64,000 nt of DNA from an uncultured virus (IMG/VR IMGVR_UViG_3300005673_000046) (taxonomy: Duplodnaviria; Heunggongvirae; Uroviricota; Caudoviricetes). The stretch lies in IMG/VR virus record IMGVR_UViG_3300005673_000046; one strand, given 5' to 3'. Made by a program: the position numbers and the translations under genes. Positions 9,601 to 18,600 of the stretch are shown here, one piece after another (position 1 is the first letter of the stretch; every line of letters begins with the position of its first letter). Under the pieces are notes generated by a model. That model ran no database searches. It was not told the origin of the DNA and saw only the letters and a program-made list of their open reading frames with translations.

Positions 9601-12600
9601 CGTCGCGCAGCCCGCGCGCCATCTCGCCCAGGCCCAGGTTCTCGGCCGCCTCCGCGCGCTCGGCGATCTTCTCGGCGAAGGCCGCGCGCTCCCAGGACGT
9701 CTGGGTGTTGAAGTAGCGGAACATCGCGTTGGAGGCCTGCCCCACGCGGTAGATGCGGCCCTCCTGCTGGATCGAGCGCGTCGGGCGCACCGGCAGGCCC
9801 AGGTTGATGAGCACGCGCTGGTGCTTGCCCGTGGTGTCGTGGCCGCTCCAGCCCTTGTCCTTGTCGGCCTGCACGACGAGCAGCGCCGGGCCGGTGTCGT
9901 CGTCGTTGAACCAGTCGACGGCGGCGACCTTCTCCTTGTCGGAGATGCGGCCGTTGAGCACGCGCGCGCGGTCGGCGAAGTGCTCCATCATGGTCTGGAT
10001 GGGGCTCTTGAGCGTGTCCCACGGGTAGGTGACGAGGTCGTCGAACTCCTTGCGCCAGGCCTCCATCGCGGCGTAGGCCCAGGCGTCTTCCTGCGGGTTG
10101 AACTTGACGTTGAACGGGTCCAGGCGCTGGCCCTGGATCAGGTCGTGGAACAGCACGACCTTGCGGCCCAGCTCGAGCTGAGCGCGGATGTACGGCACAG
10201 CCGCCTCGGCCTTGATGGCCTCCAGCATGCGCATGCGGGTCAGGTAGTCGAACTCGCTGCGCAGCTTGCGGCTGGCCTTGTGGATGCCGGCGCGCAGCTT
10301 GTCGAGGCCGCTCTTGGGGTCTTTCTCGTACTCCTCGCGCGCGCCCTCGGTCAGGAACGGCAGCGCCTCGCTGGGGTCGGCTTCCCAGAACCACTGCAGG
10401 CCGCGGTCGATGCGCTGGCCGATGGCCGAATTGGCCGCGATGAACTTGCGGTCGTAGTCGAAATCCGACAGCAGCATCCGGCCGCGCAGCACGCCCTGGT
10501 TCTTGAGCCAGGTGTTGAACTGGCGCTGCATGATGCTGCTGTTGACCGACCACTCCGGCTTGGTCAGCTTGCCGTAGCGCATGCGCCAGCCGAAGTGCTG
10601 GATCATGAAGTTCTGGTAGGCGCTCGGCGCGTTGTAGCCGCGGCCCGGGACGAATCCCTCGTTCCAGTCGAACAGGTAGCCCTGCGCGATGACGGTGGAC
10701 TGCTCCCAGGCGAACGGCGTGGCCGACAGCATCAGCAGCCGCGTGCGGCCGGCGCCCTGCCCCTGCTCGATCAGCGACTCCTGCTGGACCTTCAGCTCGG
10801 CGAAGCGGCGCACCTTGGGCAGCAGCACCTTGTCGATTTCGGCCGCGGCGGCGTGGTTCTGCTTCTCCAGGTGCCCTGCCTGCTCGATGGTCAGCGCCAC
10901 GATTTCCGCGTACAGCTCGGGGTGCGCCATCTGGGTCCGCGTCTCGGCCGACTCCGGGTGCATGGTCAGCGCCCGGATGCGCAGGCCCGACTCGGTGATG
11001 GTGCCCTCCTGACTCTGGCCCATCTCGTGGACCTCGTCGGCGATGACCAGATCCCACCGGCGCTTGAGCAGCGCGTTGTTGTCGCGCAGGTTGGCGTAGG
11101 TCGTGACGACGACGCCCGTGCCGTGGTCCTTGGTGTTCTCCAGCGCCGTGACCTTGAGGCCCAGGTCCGGGCCGGAGCGCAGCCACCCTTCCAGGATGTT
11201 GCGGTCGGGCACGACGACGAGGATGGCGTCCTTGCCCTGCTTGGCGAACCGCTTGGCCACGCCCAGGCCGGTATAGGTCTTGCCGGTGCCGGTGCCGTTG
11301 GTGAACAGCATGCCGTAGCCGGTCGGCTGGGTCAGCCGCGCCTCGGCGTCGATGACATCCTGCTGCTGCTCGGGCAGCAGCATGGGCAGCGAGGCCCGGA
11401 TGTTCTCCTCGTCGTTGAGCTTGACGGGCAGCGCCTCGGCCTGGCGCTGCAGCTGGCGGCGCTTCAGGACATCGGCGGCGGTGCTTCGAGCAGCGTCCTC
11501 AACAGCCCCGTCTGAGATGGGGTCAGATGCCTTTCCTTGATCGCCAGCGAAATCGCCTCGTTGATCGTCAGCACTTCGGGCACCGTCTCGGCCCACTCGG
11601 GGTTGGCCTCCAGCACGCGGCCGATCGCCTGGCGTTCCTGCAGCAGGGGTGCCACTTCCAGGTACGCCAGCGCCACCATCGGATCGCTGACCCGGGCGCG
11701 CAGCGCGTCCCCCAGCTTGTCCGTTTCCGGCGGGAGGTCGCGCACGTCCATCGCCAGCAGGCGCTTCCACAGGGGCGTCTTGGCCAGCGGGGCGATCTGG
11801 CTGCGGAGTCGGTGGGGTGCGTACAGGAGCATCGGGGGCCTCCGTCAAGTCGGCCTTGGACTTCACCTGCGCCACCGTCATCAGGTCGTCGACGCTGCCG
11901 TCGGTGTAGCGGGCGGACATCGAAATGTACGCCCCCTGCAGATGCTTCAGGGTGAGGGATTCGGCGGCCTGGGGACCGATGAACTCGGCGACGTCGGCCA
12001 GCGCCTTCGCCGCGGCCTCGCGGAAGGTCCGCTTGCCCTCGATCACCGCGGCGTCCAGCAGCTCGGCCAGCACCGGCAGCAGCGCCTGCTCCTGCTCGCG
12101 CGTGAGCGCGGGCGGCGCTGGCTTGTCGCCATACTCCGGGCCGGGCTCCTCGGCCTTGGGCGGCCCGAAGATGTCGGACATGCGGCCCAGGGCGGTCAGG
12201 CGCTTCGTGCGCGCCTCGGCCTCGCGCTCCGGCGTCGGCGCGTTCTCGCTGCGGCCCAGCGGGCCTGCGGCGAACTCGCGGGCGTCCGGCCAGGTGGAGT
12301 GCCACCGCGGCGTCTCGCCAGGCTTGCGCACCCAGCGGTCGCCCTCCTTGACGACCTCCACGACCTTCACGGCCCAGCCTCCGGCCTCGGTCGCCGGCTG
12401 GAACTCCAGCACCTCGTCGAATCCAGCGTAGCCCTGCACGATGTTGCCGGGCGTGTAGTAGGCGCGCAGCCTCTCGAACTTGGCTTCGTACTCGGCCTCG
12501 GCCTTGTTGAGCCGGTCCACGCGCGGCCGACGGCCGGGCCCGATGTCGTCGAACCGATCTTGCGGGTCGCGCCTGGCGCGCTGCAACAGCCGCTTGAGCC

Positions 12601-15600
12601 GCTCGTCGATCAGGCGGACCTCGGCGGGCGTCAAGCCGCTGCTCACCAGCGGGCCGCGCACGCGCTGCGCAGCCAGGCGCTGCGCCAGCAGCGTCGCGCC
12701 AGCGTCGGTCGCCTCCTGGATCATGCCCCGCAACCGGCTATCGGCCTCCATGCGGGCGCGATCCGCTGGGCTGACCTTGGGCCCCTTCTTGGCCGGCGCC
12801 GGCGGTGCGACCGAGTCCTCCGGCCCGGACAGCTCGCCGTCCAGCGCGAAGGCCTGCACGGTGCCCGGCGCAAAGCGCGGGTCGTCCAGTGTGTAGGTGG
12901 TCTGCATGGCGCCGCCGCCCACGTTCAGCGACTTGACCGCCGTGACCTTGGTGCGCAGCGGCGGACCGTCGGGCTCGCCGTCCGGGGTGCGTGGCTGCCA
13001 GGTGACGGGGTCGCCACTGGCGAAGCGCGGACCAGCGGCCTCCAGCTCCGACCAGCGCAGCATGCGCGAGCCGCCGACCTCGAAGCGCACGATGGCGCCC
13101 TCGAAGGCCGGCCCGGGGCCGTAGAAGCTTTCGACATACCCGGGCTGCCCGGATGCGAGTTCGCGCACGCGCTGCAGCTTGCCGACGGGGGCGTAGCCGT
13201 CGACCTCGACGCCGTCCTTGAGGTAGCGCGCGACCTGGCGGAAGCCTTCGGGGATGGCCGGCTGCGCGTCGTCCTCCGGGAACGGCTTGCGGCCTTCGAC
13301 CGCGCGCTCGATCCAGTCACCCTGGATGCCCGGCGCGTTCTTCAGGGCCCGCACCGCGGCCAGCAGGCTCTTGCGTAGCTGCTCGCCGAGCCCGTCATCT
13401 GTCGGCCACAGGTCTTTCTGGCTGAGGGCCTGGATGCCGGTGTCTTGCACCTTGCGGCCACCGTCCCACTTCGATTCCTGGGTCTGCCACTGCTGCAGCC
13501 ATTGCGCCGCGGTCATGCCTTCGGGCTTGATCCTGTTGCTCTCCAGGCGATCGGCGCCGATCAGCTGAAACGCGCGGCCATAGTCGCGCAGGGCCGGATA
13601 GGCGGTGTTGAGCCAGTAGTCGCGGATGCGCTGGCGCGCCCCCTGCTGCTGGTCGTCAGCCGGCGCTGGCGTCGCCGCCGGTGGCGCGGCGGGCGGGTCG
13701 TAGGCGCTGATCGAGCCGAACAGGTCATCCGCGCCAGGCGCGGTCAGCGTGAAGTTGTCGCGGTCGGCGTCGGCGCGCGCGCGGTTCTCGCGCTCGGCGC
13801 GCTCGGCGGCCTCGCGGGCCAGGCGCTCGCGCTCGGCCCTGGCGTCGGCCTCCAGGCGGGCTTGCTCGTCCTCGGCGCGGCGGCGCAGCTCGGCCTCGTC
13901 GTAGGGTCGAAGCAGCGGGTCGGCTTCGCCTTGCTGCTCGTCGTCCAGCCACCAGTCGCGCCCAACCGCTGACGGGCGAGCGGCATCGAGAAGCTGCTGC
14001 GCGAAGTCCCGTTCCTCGGGCGTGTCCAGTCGAACGCTGCTGCGCGACCCCGCGACCTCGCCGTCGTAGCTCAGAACCTCGCCGTCAAGCCGAACGGCGT
14101 TCATCTTGCCCAAGACGGCGGTGATGAGCTGCCGCCTCGTGGCGGTTCCGATCTGGAGGCCGAGACGCGAATCGAACGCGCCGGCGGTGATCGGCTCGTC
14201 CAGGATGCTGCGCGCACCAGGCGCCGGCGCGTTCACGTCGCCATGCCGCTGCCATGGCCTGGTCAGGTCGATGTGTGCCTTGCGGTAGGCGTCGGCCAGG
14301 CGCTCGACGGGCTGGATCATGAACAGGGTCCGCATGCGCTCGACGCTGTTCTTCGGCGACAGCCGCAGGTTCGCGCCGATCAGGCGAACCTGCTCCTCGG
14401 TGAGCGCCGCGATGGAGCGGTCCACGGCATCGAGGAACCTGGCGCGGGCAACGTCCATGCCCGACTCGCGCGCCTCGCGGTCCTTGGCCCACTGCAGCGA
14501 CCGCTGGAGCTTGGCGAGCTGGCCCTTGCGCGACTTCAGCTGCTCGGCGGTGTAGGCATCCAGCAGCGCCTTGGCTTCCTTGCTGTGGCGCGCCCAGTGG
14601 TCGGGCCCCACGTAGGACTTCGGCGTCTGCGGCTTCAGGCGCTGCTCGGCCTCATGGCGGGCTCGCAGGTGCAGGATGCGGATGGCCCGCTCGATTTCCT
14701 CGACCGTGCGGCCGCCATCCGGCGGGCGCGGCGCAGGCGGGGCGGCCGCAGCCTGGTCGCCATCGGCCGGCAGGCCCGCCACGTACTGCTTGATCGCCCG
14801 GTTCATCTCCCCGGTGCCGCCGATGAACTCGCGCACCGAGGCGTCTTCGGGGATCGCACCGTCCTCGATGGCCTTGGCCACCGCGGCGCGCATCACGCGC
14901 CGGTAGTGCTCGCCGCCGACGATCTGGATGTCGCGCGGCATGGCGGCCAGCAGGCCCACCGGCAGCTCGCCGCTGGCGATCGAGGCCACCAGCTCGTCGG
15001 CGCGCTCGGCCGTCATCAGCTGGTCGTAGGGCTCGATCACCTGGTCGGGCCGCACGAAGCCGTGCTTGGCCGACAGGATGAACAGCCGCGGCGGGCTCTG
15101 CGCGCCCAGCGCCTTGCGGTAGGTGTTCCACAGCGGGCCGGTGTAGAAATCCTTGGCCGGCGTCGGCGCGCCGAGCTTCATCGCCCCGCATGGCATGAAC
15201 AGCCCGCACTCGTCGCGCAGGACATCGGGCGCACGCTCGCGCCCGTTGACGACCCGCGAGGCTAGGTCTTCGAGCCGCCGGACGGCTTCTTGACGACCAT
15301 CCCTCGGCGCAACCGCTCCAGGCGCAACAGGCGCTCCCTGTCCGCCGGGTCCATCTTGGCCAGCTTCAGCATCGCGTCGCGCTGCTTCTTGCTCTTGGGC
15401 GGCTTCCTTGGCCAGTTCATCGGCAATCTCCTGCTCGCTGAATCCCAGCGCGCGCATCTGGTCGGCCAGGGACTGCGGCGGCGCAGGCGCATCCCAGGCA
15501 ACGTCGTCGTCATCGAGCGCGTCGAGTTCAGCCGGCGTGATCCCGGCCTCCTCCATGATGGCACGGCGCTCGGCCTCGGCCTCGGCGGCCGCTTCCTCGT

Positions 15601-18600
15601 CCAGAGCCGGGTACAGCAGCTCCGGGTGGTTGTCCGCGAGCCACTGCTCGCGTTCCTGCGGCGTCATGGCCTCCCAGGCCTGGCGCTCTGCGTCCTCGTC
15701 GGCCTGATCCTCGGCCTGCTGTTCCGCGCGGGTCTTGGGCTCGTCGCGGTTGAGCGCACTCGTCACCAGTGCGCGTGCTGCCTCGTCGGCGGCCTTGTAG
15801 TCGGCCTCGTAGGAGCCGGGATCGAGGTAGCCCTCCTCCTCCATCCACAGCGCGAGCTCGTTGGTGTCGGCGATGCCGCCGTCGCGGAACAGGCCGCCGA
15901 TGCCGGAGACGGGCGGGTTGAACCAGCGCGCCACCGGGCGGCCGTTGCGGTCGCGGCCCAGCTCCTTCTTGAAGCTCAGATCGTGCAGCAGGCTCGGGTC
16001 GATGCCGCCGAGCTGCCGGCTGATTTCGGCGAGCATCCTGGAGCCCCAGACGGTGGCCGGATGCGAGCGCACGCCGGCAACGCGGCGCACGGCCTTGGGC
16101 GTCTCCTGCGGTTCATCCCAGCGCAGGTCGTCGACCGTGCGCTGTCCGATGGCCGCCTCGATCTTGGCGGCGATCTGCTCGGGCGTGTCGTCCTTCGCCT
16201 CGGTGTTGATCGAGCGCAGGAAAGCCTCGCCCGCGGGGGTGAGCTGCCGCTTGATCGGGTGGACGAGGTCGGCCTTGCGCAGCGCCTCCAGCACGCTCAA
16301 GTCCGCGCTGGCCGTCAAGGCGCCGTTCATCATGTCGACCAGCGTGTTCAGCACCGCGCCGCCCTTCCACGGCTCCTTGCGCTGCACGCGCGTCGGCGGC
16401 TTGACGCCGGTGACTTCCTCGACCCACTTGGCGATGGCGCGCGCCTGCTGGCGCTGGCGCTCGCTCGCCAGGCTGCCGGTGGCCTCCAGGATGTTGAACG
16501 CGCTGCGCTGCAGGCTGCGCCCGGCAGCGCGCAGCGCGTCCTCGCGGGTGGGGAAGGTGTCGACCACGCTGGGCGAGCTGCTGCCGCCGCTCATCGAGCC
16601 GCCGGTGGTGTTGTAGTGGCTGCCCGGCGCCCAGGTGCCGTCTTCCAGCTCGACCAGGCTGATGTCCGCCTTGACGCCCTTGGCCTGGCCCTTGGGGGCC
16701 GGCATGACCAGCGTCGTCATGTCCGGGGTGCTGTCCGGGACGAAGACGCCGTGGTCGTTCGGCGCGTGGCCGCCCTTCGTGCGGATGCGGGGCCTGCCTT
16801 CGGGCGTCGGAGCGAGGGGTGCGGCGCCGGCCGGCGTTCCTGGCCCGCCAGGGACGCTACCCGATGAAGCCTCCTCGACAGGCCCCGGCGGCGCCGCGGG
16901 CACATTGTCGCGCACCGGCTGGCCGAGGATGCCCCCGAGGCTTTCTAGGGCCTTCCGGCGCTTCTCGGCGGCGGCGCTGGGGGCCTGCGGCGGCGCCGCG
17001 GGAGGCGGCGCGGCCGGCTCCGGTGTGGCCTGCTCGACCTGGCTGGCCAGGTCTTCGCGGTTGGCGGCGAACTTGGCCGCCAGAGCCTCGGCATGGCGGT
17101 CGCCGAACTCGTTGCCGTACTCCGCGAGGATGCCCTCGATGTCGCGCAGCGCGCTGCGCGCCGCGCCGCGCATCGTCTCGATGTCCTCGGGCTTGGCCGG
17201 CTTGCCGGTTTCGGGATTGGTGCCGGTGCGCAGCGCGTCCAGCAGCATGTTGGCTGCGGCCAGGTCGGTCTGGATGCGGCCGACCACCTGCTGGTGCGTG
17301 TCGCGCACGGCCTGCGTCAGGTAGACGGGGTCGTCCTCCAGGCCCTCGAACATCGAGTTGCGGCCGGCCGCGGCCAGCTCGTCGAACTGCGGACGCGGGT
17401 AGGTCTTCTCGTAGTCCGGCGTGTCGCTCAGTGCAGCGTCCTGAAGTCCAGCTCCAGGCTGGGCGCTTCCGGCTCCCGGTCTGCCAGTATCGCCATCGCC
17501 GGGTGCAGGCGCTCCGGGAACATCGCCAGCGGGATTGACTCCCCCGGGTACAGCAGCATCCGGTCCCAGATTTCCGCCGCCTCGGCCAGCGTTATCGAGC
17601 ACTCCAGGACCGGCTCCACCAGGAACCGCGGGAGCAGCTGCCACGTCAGACTGGTCATCGAATCCCTCCTTGAAGGCTGGCGAGAACGGCGCCTTGTGGT
17701 TGCCGGTCTTGATCCAGTCCTTGAACATCGGCATGTCCATGCCGCTCAGGTAGCCCAGGCCCCGCCAGTCGGGCGTGTAGTTGGCGCGGTAGGCGGCCTC
17801 GGCCTCTTGCGGGCTGGCGAAGCCCAGCATGACCTTGTGCTCGTCGAACTTCCCGGTGCGCGGGTCGCGCTGGTCGATCACGAAGACCGGGCCGTCGTAG
17901 TCGGGCGGCGTGCCGGGCTTGATGAAGGTGTCGACGTGGTCGCCGTCCTTGCCTTCGGTGCCGCGGATGTAGCCGTAGTGCGACTGGACCGTGTTCTCCC
18001 AAGGCTTCCCGTCGGGGTCCACGCCGCGGCGCACCGAGCCCTGCGGGTTCTCGATGCTGATGTCCAGGCCGCCCAGGCGGATGTGGCCCTTCTTGTAGTT
18101 GCCGGCCTCCTTCTGCGGGTCGGTCGGCTCCGGGAGGTCGTTGGTCGGGCTCGTGGCGGCGCCGTGCGCCGCGTCGTCGACCGGGGTGCCCAGTAGCGCG
18201 CCGGCGTCCATCGGCGCGTCCGGGTTCGCTGGCGGCGATGCGGCGGCGGCCGGCGGTGCGGCGGCGGTGCGCGGCTGCACCGGAATCTGCGGCGTGATGC
18301 CGGGCCGCTGGCCGAAGTCTGGCGGCAGGGGCGGGAGGTCGCCCATCGTGGGCTCGCGGCGCTCGGGCGCCGGCGCGCCGCCGCGGCCGCCGGTGCGCAG
18401 GCGGCCGATGGCCGCGCCGCCGGCCTGCATGACGCCGGTGGCGATGAAGGTCTGGACCGCGGTGTCGCGCATCGACTCCAGGAAGCCAGCGACCGTGATG
18501 TCCTCGTCCAGGCCGAGCTTGGTCCCGTCCACCAGGTACTGGCCGGCGCTGGTGATCTGCTCGCCGATGCCCTCACCGACCTGGCCGCGCACGACCTGGC

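Noticed and set aside
5921..13378. Long + strand ORFs (751, 1111 and 613 aa) opposite the giant gene
   Set aside because: Antisense shadows of a high-GC gene; no motifs or RBS.
16717..16905. Additional nested ORF in the giant gene
   Set aside because: Arg/Ser/Pro shadow composition and no SD at a suitable spacing.
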